DNA of 64,000 nucleotides, from assembly GCA_026393835.1 (NCBI GenBank), contig JAPKZK010000020.1, positions 13,034 to 77,033 on the forward strand, read 5' to 3'. The position numbers and the translations under genes are program-made. This document shows, piece after piece, positions 44,296 through 53,411 of the stretch (position 1 is the stretch's first letter; every line of letters begins with the position of its first letter). The notes under the pieces are model-generated. The model was not told the DNA's origin. It saw nothing but the letters and a program-made list of their open reading frames with translations, and searched no databases. Source of the stretch: Candidatus Aminicenantes bacterium. GTDB taxonomy: Bacteria; Acidobacteriota; Aminicenantia; UBA2199.

Positions 44296-45705
44296 ATGAA
44301 ACGATCGACAGCGATGTATTTACTTATCTTTTTGTTATTTATAGGGCTTTTAAGCAGCATCTCCTGTAAGAGGAATTCGCAAAACGACCCGGGCATGAAA
44401 CCTGGCGTCAATTATCGCATACTATCGGGCGCCGCCAGCCCTTCTACACTTTACGTACCGAGAACTAACAATACGGCTTCTTCCCACATCACTGTAACTG
44501 CGACATATAATGACGGAACACCCATAGCCTTTAAGAATGTGGTCTTCCAGGCGGGCAAATATGGATATCTCGACGGTAACCAGATCAGCGATGTTCGTAC
44601 CACGAATGCCGGCGGCGTGGCGGAAATTAATTTTCATATTCCAGCCAGCGCAGATGTTTCGACGACGGAAACGGTCTATGTATCCGCCACACTGGTAGAT
44701 GACAATGCGCCCGACAGCGTATACTCACAAGTTTCCGAGTATATCGCCATCGTGGTTATCCCTTATATAGACCGGGGATTTCACATCACGGGACATGTCT
44801 ATACACCGGCTTTGGTCGGTATTGGGGAGGTAGTGGTCCAGTTTAAGGGCGATGCCGGCCATGCCAGCGGAAATGCCGTCAGCGTCCTGCCCTCCGGCGA
44901 GTACGGGTTCTATGTGAGCCCCGGTTGGTATGGGACCATTGAGGCAGGCTCCGGTTCAGGCGGTGGAACTCCTATCCCAGACGCCGGATGGGCAGGCATT
45001 ACCGCCGGCGAAGATTATACTTTTACCCCGACTTCGTATATCATCGATGTGTCGAACCCGGTGAGTACGAACGTCTATAACCAGGATTTTATTGCCACAT
45101 CAACCACGGCTGTCGATAAACTGTCTACGGACATTCTAACCTGGGACGCCCCTAACGACGGCGGCTCCCAATTGGTGAATGTTTATAACATCAGCAATGA
45201 GGCCCAGATCGCTTATGTTGTGATACCGAATGTAAACTGGCTAACGGTTTCGCCTTCCTCCGGCGCCACACCGGGAAATTTCATTATGACCGCCAACGAG
45301 AACACAACTACTGCCACTCGAAGCGGCAAGTTTACGATCTCGGCGACAAATACCCTGAGCAGCGAAGTGGTCATCACGGTTAACCAGTTGATTAGCGATG
45401 TGACCCCGTCGCTTGCCGCTGCACCCAGCGACATTTACGTCCCGGCCAGCGGTAATGTCAAATATACCGTCACTGTTTCCAATCCTACCACCGACGACGT
45501 ATTGAATTGGACCCTGGACAGCGACGCCACCTGGCTCGGTATTAAACCCACCAGCGGCGATACTTTGCATAATGATACGTTCGAGGTAAAGGTACAGGGT
45601 GCAAATCCCGATCCCACTGACAGGGTAGGCAAAATTTATATTACGGCAACATATACAGGCGGTACAACCGTAGCAATAGTAAAGGTCCGTCAACAAGGGG
45701 CTTAG
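44296..45705 (+). CDS. Secreted lipoprotein with Ig-like and two BACON-like C-terminal domains
   Basis: 469 aa with the lipobox LSSISC. There are two repeats of the pattern ...NWLTVSPSSGATPGNF...N.....R.G..TI.A......V.V.Q, which is BACON-like. Confidence 0.5.
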   Translation: MKRSTAMYLLIFLLFIGLLSSISCKRNSQNDPGMKPGVNYRILSGAASPSTLYVPRTNNTASSHITVTATYNDGTPIAFKNVVFQAGKYGYLDGNQISDVRTTNAGGVAEINFHIPASADVSTTETVYVSATLVDDNAPDSVYSQVSEYIAIVVIPYIDRGFHITGHVYTPALVGIGEVVVQFKGDAGHASGNAVSVLPSGEYGFYVSPGWYGTIEAGSGSGGGTPIPDAGWAGITAGEDYTFTPTSYIIDVSNPVSTNVYNQDFIATSTTAVDKLSTDILTWDAPNDGGSQLVNVYNISNEAQIAYVVIPNVNWLTVSPSSGATPGNFIMTANENTTTATRSGKFTISATNTLSSEVVITVNQLISDVTPSLAAAPSDIYVPASGNVKYTVTVSNPTTDDVLNWTLDSDATWLGIKPTSGDTLHNDTFEVKVQGANPDPTDRVGKIYITATYTGGTTVAIVKVRQQGA

Positions 45706-45735
45706 TATCTGCCGGGAAATCGTTAAGAGTTAAGA

Positions 45736-46848
45736 ATGGTTGATTTGAAAAATGAACGAATACAGTTGCATGCTTTGGAGAATCTCTTTAGACAAAAGAG
45801 ATTTTCCGAAGCCCTTACCTTTGCTGAAAAATTAATCGGCGATTTCCCTAATTCGTATTATATCGGTATTTTACACGTAAAGATTTTAAAGGAATTGAAC
45901 CGCTTGAGAGATGCCGAGGCCGCGGCGTTAAAAATGATTCAATCATCCCCGGATAATATTAATTTGCTCTCGGAACTGGGAACCATTAGCTTGAAATTAA
46001 ATAAATTCGATGAATCCCATGATTATTTTAATAAGGTCCTGTTCCAAGACCCCTTTAACGAAGAGGCCCGGGATTCCATGGAAAAGATCAAGGGCCTGAA
46101 AAAAGTGAACGGCGCGGGTGAACCGAAAGGAAAAAATTTGATGGATTTTATCTCTCAGCCCCAGGTGAACGCCGATGATGAGGATACTGTCCCGGAACTT
46201 GACGGGGAAACATTGTCGCCGCTGAATCTAGGCATAGGCGTGGACTTTGAAACGATGGAACCGGGAGAAAGGCCGGTGGAATTCGTCGAACCCGGCGAAC
46301 CCGGCGAACCTCCGCCTATACCGCCAATGACGGCTATAGAGGGAGTTGAAACGGAGTTTGTCGATATTTCCCAATTGGAAGAGGCGCCGCCGGAAGTGGT
46401 TGATGTGGTTGATTTCGCTAAAATGACTGAAGCGGCTGACGCGGTTGACGCGGCGGAAATAGCGGAAATAGCGGAAATAGCGGAAATGGCTGAAATCCCG
46501 GAAGTAGGCGATGTAGCCGCGGAAATCGATTCCGTGGCCGCCCAAACCGCCGAACCCTACTCCGAGTTCTATAACGAAGAGACGGTTGAATCCGTGGAAG
46601 AACCGGCGCCAGTAGAAGAGAATGCGCCCGCGGCAGCGGCGGAATTTGTGACGGAAAGTGCGGCGGAACTTTATTTGTCCCAGGGTCTTTATGATGACGC
46701 CCTGGGTATTTATGAAAAGTTGTATGCCGCCCGAAAGGAAGGCCGGTTTTTATTGAGGGTAAAGCAATTGAGGGCCCACCGGGTGGGCCGGGAAAAGATT
46801 CGACGGTTGGGCGAATTCTTAAAATCGATTCAAATGAAAGGAGATTAA
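45736..46848 (+). CDS. TPR protein with a long acidic low-complexity linker and a FimV-C-terminal-like helix pair
   Basis: 370 aa with N-terminal TPRs and an acidic PE/AE-rich linker that includes a 9-bp tandem repeat (gcggaaata x3, ~46455..46485, AEIAEIAEIAEM). The C-terminus AAELYLSQGLYDDALGIYEKL resembles the FimV C-terminal motif. Confidence 0.5.
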   Translation: MVDLKNERIQLHALENLFRQKRFSEALTFAEKLIGDFPNSYYIGILHVKILKELNRLRDAEAAALKMIQSSPDNINLLSELGTISLKLNKFDESHDYFNKVLFQDPFNEEARDSMEKIKGLKKVNGAGEPKGKNLMDFISQPQVNADDEDTVPELDGETLSPLNLGIGVDFETMEPGERPVEFVEPGEPGEPPPIPPMTAIEGVETEFVDISQLEEAPPEVVDVVDFAKMTEAADAVDAAEIAEIAEIAEMAEIPEVGDVAAEIDSVAAQTAEPYSEFYNEETVESVEEPAPVEENAPAAAAEFVTESAAELYLSQGLYDDALGIYEKLYAARKEGRFLLRVKQLRAHRVGREKIRRLGEFLKSIQMKGD

Positions 46849-46849
46849 C

Positions 46850-47200
46850 TTGTTCGACGATACTTTTTGCAAGCTTCATGAAAAAAATAAAGAAATAAAA
46901 ATGATGGGTATATGGGGAAAGGATGGACTGGAACTGGAAAGGAAATACTTTTCCGGGGCCGTGGAAATAGACCTGGAGCTTGCCGGGGCTGAAATGGCGG
47001 ATATTATCTCAAAGCTTGACAGCCTGAAGTTTTCACTGGAGAAATATTTTATAAAGCTTCATTTTCACGGGTATTTTTTGATCATTTTCTCGGTAACGCC
47101 GGAATATTTTTTAATGTTGATCACCAACCCCTCTATTATCCCGGGGAAACTGAATTTCTATTTCGACCTGTATAAACATGAATTAATCGCCGCCCTGTAA
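46850..47200 (+). CDS. Roadblock/LC7 (MglB-like) domain protein
   Basis: 116 aa. The TTG start is preceded by AAAGGAG. The pattern ...MMGIWGKDGLELE....AGAEMADIISK....HFHGYFLIIFSVTPEYFLMLIT... fits the Roadblock/LC7 fold. Confidence 0.45.
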   Translation: MFDDTFCKLHEKNKEIKMMGIWGKDGLELERKYFSGAVEIDLELAGAEMADIISKLDSLKFSLEKYFIKLHFHGYFLIIFSVTPEYFLMLITNPSIIPGKLNFYFDLYKHELIAAL

Positions 47201-47223
47201 TTTGTTTCGACTTAGGGTGATAA

Positions 47224-48267
47224 TCAGATATTTTTAGAGCTGATATATCCCGCGGCAACAATCACCTCATTATCATAAAACGCCCCTACCTGACCCGGCG
47301 TAATCGACCGCACCGGCTTCTCAAACGACGCCCTTATCAAAAAATCCGATACTTCCGTAATACACACATTGCTAAAAGAACTCATGTACCTGAACTTGGC
47401 CTTGAATACTTCTCCTTTCTTTATTTCCCGCCAAAAAACAGGTTTCACAATGGTTACCCCCTGCGAATAAAGACACTTCTCCTCTCCCAACGTAATCGTA
47501 TTATTCTTAACGTCTTTATTAACCACATACAACTTGCGGTCCGACGAAAATCGCGTTCCCCTGCGTTGACCTATGGTAAAATATACCGCCCCCCTGTGCC
47601 GGCCGATCTTGTTCCCTTCCGCGTCCAGGAAATCACCCTCCCGGAAATACGGCGGCGGCAAATACTCCCGGAGAAATTCGATCAATTTTTGATCATGCAA
47701 GAAACACACATCCTGACTCTCGGCTTTATTGGCCAGCGGCAAATCTTTCACCTTTTCCCGCACCTGCCCGATAGAAATATCCGCTATTGGGAAAAGCACC
47801 TGCTTCAACGCTTCATTGCCGATCATGGAGAGAAAATAGATCTGCGATTTTTTCCGGTCTTCCGGTTCGGTTAAGAAGAACCGGCCGTGGATTTCGATTT
47901 TTTTTGCATAATGACCGGTGGCATAAAAATCCGCCCCCTGGTTTTCCAGCGCCTCTTTCATCAGCAGGTTGAATTTAATCTCATTGTTGCACACTACGCA
48001 AGGATTCGGCGTCAAACTATCGGCATAGGCATTTATAAAATAATCGATAACTTTTTGCTTAAACGTTTGCCTGATATCCACCGTTGAAAAAGGGACCCCC
48101 AGCACGTCGGCCAGGTGTTTTATTTTTATAATCCGTTCCTCTTCATCTTGTAGACCTAATTTCATGGTCAGCGCATGGACGTCATACCCTTGCTCTTTCA
48201 GCAGCAGCACAGCGGTGGTAGAATCTTTACCTCCGCTCAGACCGACAACTACTTTTTGCTTTTTCAT
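47224..48267 (-). CDS. mnmA: tRNA 2-thiouridine(34) synthase MnmA
   Basis: 347 aa with the VVVGLSGGKDSTTA PP-loop, NPCVVCN and ATGHYA. Confidence 0.9.
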   Translation of the reverse strand: MKKQKVVVGLSGGKDSTTAVLLLKEQGYDVHALTMKLGLQDEEERIIKIKHLADVLGVPFSTVDIRQTFKQKVIDYFINAYADSLTPNPCVVCNNEIKFNLLMKEALENQGADFYATGHYAKKIEIHGRFFLTEPEDRKKSQIYFLSMIGNEALKQVLFPIADISIGQVREKVKDLPLANKAESQDVCFLHDQKLIEFLREYLPPPYFREGDFLDAEGNKIGRHRGAVYFTIGQRRGTRFSSDRKLYVVNKDVKNNTITLGEEKCLYSQGVTIVKPVFWREIKKGEVFKAKFRYMSSFSNVCITEVSDFLIRASFEKPVRSITPGQVGAFYDNEVIVAAGYISSKNI

Positions 48268-48314
48268 ACCTTAATTATACTCCATTCCGAGCCAAAAGGC
48301 ACACGTCACCTGTC

Positions 48315-48374
48315 CACAGATTTCGCAGATTTTCACAGATTGTTTTTTCCGCTCTTCCGCTCTTCTGCTCTTCC
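48315..48374. repeat. Simple repeats (cacagattt-type x3, then ccgctcttc x3)
   Basis: The sequence reads cacagatttcgcagattttcacagattg....ccgctcttccgctcttctgctcttcc when read directly. The cagatt motif is the same as at 32504..32531 and 55300..55340. Confidence 0.7.
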
Positions 48375-48394
48375 TAACTTCCTTTTTTTTGCCC

Positions 48395-49516
48395 CTATTG
48401 ACGCCTGAGTGTGTCGCTGGGGTTGGCAGAGGCTGCCTTAAATGTCTGAAAACCGACAGTCAATAAGGCTATAACAGACGTCAAAATTCCTGACAATACA
48501 AAAGGCCAGGGCCCGATACGGATACGATAGGCAGAATTCCGGATTAATAAAGCGTCCAGCAGAATATAAGCGATGGGCCAGGCTAAAAGGTTTGCCGTTA
48601 TAATCCATTTCATGAATTGGCATGAAAACAACCGCCATACATCGGTCCCTGAAGCGCCGAATACTTTACGGATACCGATCTCCCGGGTCCGCTGTTCCGC
48701 CAGGAAAACGGACAGGCCATACAAACCATGACAGGCAATAAATATCGCCAGGAGCGATAAATAGATGAATATCATCATTACCCGTTTCTCCGCTGTAAGC
48801 ATTCCGTCGGGGAACTTATCCACAATATTTTTTATGTAATCCAGTTGCCGGTAAATAGCCATGCTGCCTACCAGGAAAATAACGGCAAGAGAAAATTGAA
48901 AAATCACCAGCGCCTTCCGGAACAGTCCGCCGCTTGTTCCTGGTTTTAATGTACTTTTCAGCACTTTTACCGGTTGAAAGGAGGAGAGGAAAAAAGCCGG
49001 GTAACTGCCGGCCATAATGCCTGTAACAAGTGTTACAACAATCATGCCTGGAAGAATAAAGGGGTTGCCCAACCAGGTGGACATTAATTGTTTTCCGGTG
49101 AGTCGGCTGAAGGCCGGGAGCAGCAGTTCCACAAAGATAGCGGCCAGGATCAGCGCAAAGAAAGCCAGTAAGAAGGATTCGCTTAAAAATTGGTTTATAA
49201 TCCCGCTGCGTCTCGCCCCCACTACTTTCCGGATGCCCACTTCTTTCAACCGATCGGCGCCCCTGGCGGTGGTCAAATTCATAAAATTGATGCAGGCCAT
49301 CAGTAGAATAATAAAAGCGATGGCTGAGAATAGATAAATATTCGTAATATCGCCCGCCCCCGGGACATTTGTCCGAAGCTGCGACTCATCGTAAACCCAC
49401 AACATGATGAGAATGCATATTGCCATTCCCAGGGCCAGTCCGGAGACATTGATGAATGAGTAACCTTTGCGTCTGCCGATGTTTCGGACGGCAATTTTCA
49501 AGTAATTTCTAAACAT
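48395..49516 (-). CDS. FtsX/MacB-family ABC permease lacking both periplasmic domains
   Basis: 373 aa. It has the canonical N-terminus MFRNYLKIAVRNIGRRKGYSFINVSGLALGMA and two FtsX cores (...CINFMNLTTAR...EVGIRKVVGA... and ...LAEQRTREIGIRKVFGAS...). Only short linkers occupy the positions where ~200-aa extracytoplasmic domains normally sit. Confidence 0.7.
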   Translation of the reverse strand: MFRNYLKIAVRNIGRRKGYSFINVSGLALGMAICILIMLWVYDESQLRTNVPGAGDITNIYLFSAIAFIILLMACINFMNLTTARGADRLKEVGIRKVVGARRSGIINQFLSESFLLAFFALILAAIFVELLLPAFSRLTGKQLMSTWLGNPFILPGMIVVTLVTGIMAGSYPAFFLSSFQPVKVLKSTLKPGTSGGLFRKALVIFQFSLAVIFLVGSMAIYRQLDYIKNIVDKFPDGMLTAEKRVMMIFIYLSLLAIFIACHGLYGLSVFLAEQRTREIGIRKVFGASGTDVWRLFSCQFMKWIITANLLAWPIAYILLDALLIRNSAYRIRIGPWPFVLSGILTSVIALLTVGFQTFKAASANPSDTLRRQ

Positions 49517-49587
49517 CCCGTTCTCCGTAAACTCCCGGTCTATTTCAAATCAGTGTTCGCCCCAAATAGTTGTTATTCTTCAATATT

Positions 49588-49613
49588 GGGCAGACACATA
49601 GGTCTGCCCCTAC
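49588..49613. repeat. GTAGGG-hairpin REP-like element (gggcagac-acatag-gtctgccc-ctac), inverted orientation
   Basis: Perfect 8-bp stem between the permease and ATPase genes. Confidence 0.6.
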
Positions 49614-49618
49614 ATAAT

Positions 49619-50317
49619 TTAGACGTGGAATTCCTTGCTGTTGATATTTTCCGTGACGATATGGCCGTCGAAGAGATGGACCACCCGCTGGGCAAATTCC
49701 GAATATGCCGGGGAATGGGTTACCATAATAATCGTGGTTCCTGCTTCATGTAATTGGGTGACAAGTCGCATGACCTCTTCGCCGTTGGCGGAATCCAGGT
49801 TTCCGGTGGGTTCGTCGGCCAGGATTAATTTGGGTTCGCTGACAATGGCCCTGGCCACTGCCACGCGCTGCTGCTGACCGCCGGACAATTGCTGGGGAAA
49901 GTGGTTTCTCCTGGGAATCAATTGCATCCGTTCAAGTACATTGGAGACTTTTTGTTTCCGTTCAGAGGCAGGCATTTTGAGGTATAGGAGTGGGAGTTCG
50001 ACATTTTCATAAACGGTTAATTCATCGATAAGATTAAAACTCTGGAATACAAAGCCGATATTTTTTTTCCGTAAATGGGCCCGCTGCTTTTCAGTATACC
50101 TTGCTACTTCGGAATCCAGGAAGAAATATTCCCCATCGGTGGGGTTGTCCAGCAATCCCAGGATGTTTAAGAGGGTGGATTTGCCGCAGCCCGAAGGTCC
50201 CATAACGGCTACGAATTCTCCTTCCTTCACTTTTAAATTAACTTTGTTAAGGGCAGTGGTTTCCACTTCTTCAGTCATGTAAATTTTTCTTAAATTTTTA
50301 GTTTCGATCATAATCAT
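49619..50317 (-). CDS. ABC transporter ATP-binding protein (MacB/LolD type)
   Basis: 232 aa with GPSGCGKST, LSGGQQQRVAVARA and LILADEPTGNLD. Confidence 0.9.
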   Translation of the reverse strand: MIMIETKNLRKIYMTEEVETTALNKVNLKVKEGEFVAVMGPSGCGKSTLLNILGLLDNPTDGEYFFLDSEVARYTEKQRAHLRKKNIGFVFQSFNLIDELTVYENVELPLLYLKMPASERKQKVSNVLERMQLIPRRNHFPQQLSGGQQQRVAVARAIVSEPKLILADEPTGNLDSANGEEVMRLVTQLHEAGTTIIMVTHSPAYSEFAQRVVHLFDGHIVTENINSKEFHV

Positions 50318-50407
50318 TCTCCTATGTTAAAAGCCGCAGGCTGCACTTTCTTCGTCCGTGTTTGTCGCGACGTCGTGTAGGTCCGCGGCCAAATTTTTTC
50401 ATTTTAA

Positions 50408-51664
50408 TTATTTTAATACCAGGCGCTCCATGTCGCCGTAATTTTCGTAAGATGAAGTGATGACCTGTTCGCCGGGTTTCAAGCCTTCCAGTACTTCGAA
50501 GAATTCCGGGTTTTGTCTGCCCAGCCGGATTTGTCTTTTTATGGCGTATTTTCCGGACGGGTCCATTATATAGATCCAATTGCCGCCGGTAGTTTGATAA
50601 AAACCACCCCTGGGAATAAGGATGGCTACGGATATGTCGCTCAATTGTAAGCGGATATGAAGGGTTTGGCCTCGCCTGATACCTTCGGCGTTTTTACCCA
50701 CAAATTCCATATCTACTTCAAACTGTCCGTTCCTGACCTCCGGGTAGACTTTACTTACTTTCAGATCAAAGGTATTGTCGGAAAAATCGAACTGCCCGGT
50801 TTTTCCTACTTCGACCCGGGCAATGTAATGTTCGTCGATGGGGGCCCTTACTTTGAAACCGGTTACGTCGTCGATTTGTCCCAGCCTTTCGCCCGGGGCT
50901 TTGGACTGGCCGACTTCCGCCAATAGCGAAGTAAGGTGACCCGAGATGGGGGCCTTGACGGTCAAATTTTCCAGTTGCGCTTTGAGCAGGGTCAGGCTTG
51001 CTTCCATCTGTTTTACCGAGACTTCCAATTGCTTTACCTGTTCCTCGCTGAATTTTAGATCCTTTTCCTGGCTTTCGATAGTTAATTCTCTATTCTTTTT
51101 CTGGAATTCATATTCATCTTTCAAATCATCAAAATCTTGTTTTGAGAGATAGCCGTCCTTGAATATTATCTCGTTGCGTTCAAACCTGCGTTTGATCCTT
51201 TTTAAGAAATAATCCCCTTCCGTCCGTTGTCTTTTCAGTTCCAGGCGGTTTCGTTCCAGTTGCAGGCGGGTAGTACGAAGGTCATTGCTGGCCCGGTTGA
51301 TTTGTGCTTCGTTATTTAAGAGGGTCATCAGTAAGTTCGTATTTGACAGCATCAGGATTATATCGCCTTGTTTTACCTGGGCGCCGGCTTCAAGGTAGAT
51401 TTTTTCCACGCTTCCGCCGATGACGGAATCCAGGTAAATGGTCCTATGTGGGAGTACATTTCCAATAATAGGAATAAATTCCTGGAACGGTCCTTTTGTC
51501 ACGGTGGAGATGGTCACACGTTCTTTTTCCACATTCAGGGTAGATCTTCCTGCTTGAAAGATCAGCAGGTATCCGACCACCAGGATAAATAGGCCGATAC
51601 TACTGTATGTTATTATCCGTTTCGGCGGCCACTTCTTTTTTTCTATTGCTTTATCCATACCCAT
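50408..51664 (-). CDS. HlyD/MacA-family periplasmic adaptor subunit
   Basis: 418 aa with an N-terminal TM, a lipoyl/coiled-coil hairpin and a beta-barrel pattern (APISGHLTSL...). Confidence 0.8.
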   Translation of the reverse strand: MGMDKAIEKKKWPPKRIITYSSIGLFILVVGYLLIFQAGRSTLNVEKERVTISTVTKGPFQEFIPIIGNVLPHRTIYLDSVIGGSVEKIYLEAGAQVKQGDIILMLSNTNLLMTLLNNEAQINRASNDLRTTRLQLERNRLELKRQRTEGDYFLKRIKRRFERNEIIFKDGYLSKQDFDDLKDEYEFQKKNRELTIESQEKDLKFSEEQVKQLEVSVKQMEASLTLLKAQLENLTVKAPISGHLTSLLAEVGQSKAPGERLGQIDDVTGFKVRAPIDEHYIARVEVGKTGQFDFSDNTFDLKVSKVYPEVRNGQFEVDMEFVGKNAEGIRRGQTLHIRLQLSDISVAILIPRGGFYQTTGGNWIYIMDPSGKYAIKRQIRLGRQNPEFFEVLEGLKPGEQVITSSYENYGDMERLVLK

Positions 51665-51916
51665 GTTATTTTTCTCCTAGGGATAGTATTAGCAAGAAGC
51701 GTGCCGGAATTGAAGCAAGTATATTTTCAGCCTGGAGATAAACGCTTTATTGCCGATTCCCGGTTTTCGTTCCAAATAAAGTTTATTGTTTACCGGGGTT
51801 TGGGTGGCCGCAGTCGTACACTGGGTGTCCGCTGGCGTACAGTTTTCTCCCGCTTGTAATAAAGCGGAATTTTTGTTATCATATAGCTGGAAGAATAGAT
51901 AAACAGGAATACCGAA

Positions 51917-52798
51917 ATGGACACTGGAACCAAGATCGATCTTTTTGAACTGGCGGATGCCAATAAAAAACAGTTAGAATCGGAATATCAACGCATTAAA
52001 TTGAAATCCGATCGGAAGAAATCCGATCTGTTGGAAAGCTTCGGCGCCAGGGTTAAAAATGAATGGCATCTCTCGATAAATATGCACGACTGGCCTCTGT
52101 TCGAAGTTTTGGATTCCGGGAAATACGTGAATGTCTATGAACTGAAAGACAATCAAGCTGAACAACTGATGAAAGTGGGAAAACTGGACGATTCCAGTGC
52201 GAAAAGCGCGAAAGAAGAAGCAGTAAGAAAACATTTAAAGACCTTTTACGAAGGGCGGAAAATCTTTGACTCTTCAATTAGCAAAGGGGAAAAAGCCAGG
52301 TATGCCGCTCTGAACATAGGGGGAGTGGGAACAACCGGGTATGGCCGGTACTGTATTGTTATTAAAAGGGAAAAAGCTGAAAAATATAAAAGATTGGCAT
52401 TTATCAAAGAAGACAGCGCAGTAAGTTACGTGGATAATGGATGCCTTTTGCTGGATAAATTGATGCGGGATGTGACAAATAAAGAATGCGTCGATATCCT
52501 GGCTGTGGTTAAGCATGAGAACGAGATAGAAACCATATCGTCCGAAAACTGGAATAGAATGGTTTGTAATGATTCAAGCAATATTGAAGCCGTGACCCTG
52601 GATGATATTTTAAGGTCTCACATCAAGTGTGTAAGGATTGATAAAACATATTATAAGGAAATATATTGGGATTCTCTGGCTAAGATATTCAACTCGGAAT
52701 TAACGGAGATTGAGCGGTACCGCTTAACCCTGGTAAAAAAGGTATTTAAAGAACTGGAGAAACGTGGGATCGAATTGGAGATCATCGATGAAAATTAA
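51917..52798 (+). CDS. Hypothetical protein A of a three-gene operon (no recognised domain)
   Basis: 293 aa, with no signal peptide or TM. Its stop overlaps the start of the next gene. Confidence 0.5.
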   Translation: MDTGTKIDLFELADANKKQLESEYQRIKLKSDRKKSDLLESFGARVKNEWHLSINMHDWPLFEVLDSGKYVNVYELKDNQAEQLMKVGKLDDSSAKSAKEEAVRKHLKTFYEGRKIFDSSISKGEKARYAALNIGGVGTTGYGRYCIVIKREKAEKYKRLAFIKEDSAVSYVDNGCLLLDKLMRDVTNKECVDILAVVKHENEIETISSENWNRMVCNDSSNIEAVTLDDILRSHIKCVRIDKTYYKEIYWDSLAKIFNSELTEIERYRLTLVKKVFKELEKRGIELEIIDEN

Positions 52799-53408
52799 AA
52801 TGATTGCGATTGCGCCGTATGACGGGTGGGCGTTTATTATAAAAGAGGAACGATTGTATTTGCTTCGTCCCCCTTACCGGTCGAAGGATTTACTGGAAGT
52901 CGAGGAAAAAGACCTGGAAAATGCCATTCATAAATGCGGATTCCAGGAATGCGCTCAGGCCTTTAATAACCTTGCCGAAGTCATCGGTTTTCTGGACGAG
53001 AAATACATTGAGGCTATGAAGAAAAGGGGGATTGCACTCCCGGATAAAGAACAATTGAAAGAGCTCCTGGAGTATGCTACGGAGGAGATATTGACAGGAT
53101 ACCTTGAGAAAGCGGAGCGGGAATTCATTCCACAGCGAAACCTGGATGCGGCGGAATCTATTGCACTCGCATTACTGCCGTTGGAAAAAGTTATACAAAA
53201 TGAAGTGATTTTTCAAAAAACAATCGCTATCTTAAATCGCTGTAAGGAAGAAAGGGAAAAGCTGGATAATATTATTAAGACGCCCAATAAAACACTCGGT
53301 ATATTTCCGATAGCAGGATCAATATATACTGTAGAAGCAATTTTTGAATATATGGAATTCGTTTATATGAAGAAACAATTACTCCCGGTTGGGGAGTTAA
53401 GGGGGTGA
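52788..53408 (+). CDS. Hypothetical protein B of the three-gene operon
   Basis: The ORF track starts at the GTG at 52764. The ATG at 52788 (MKIKMIAIAPYDG) has GGAG 7 nt upstream and overlaps gene A by 11 nt. Confidence 0.5.
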   Translation: MKIKMIAIAPYDGWAFIIKEERLYLLRPPYRSKDLLEVEEKDLENAIHKCGFQECAQAFNNLAEVIGFLDEKYIEAMKKRGIALPDKEQLKELLEYATEEILTGYLEKAEREFIPQRNLDAAESIALALLPLEKVIQNEVIFQKTIAILNRCKEEREKLDNIIKTPNKTLGIFPIAGSIYTVEAIFEYMEFVYMKKQLLPVGELRG

Positions 53409-53411
53409 TTG

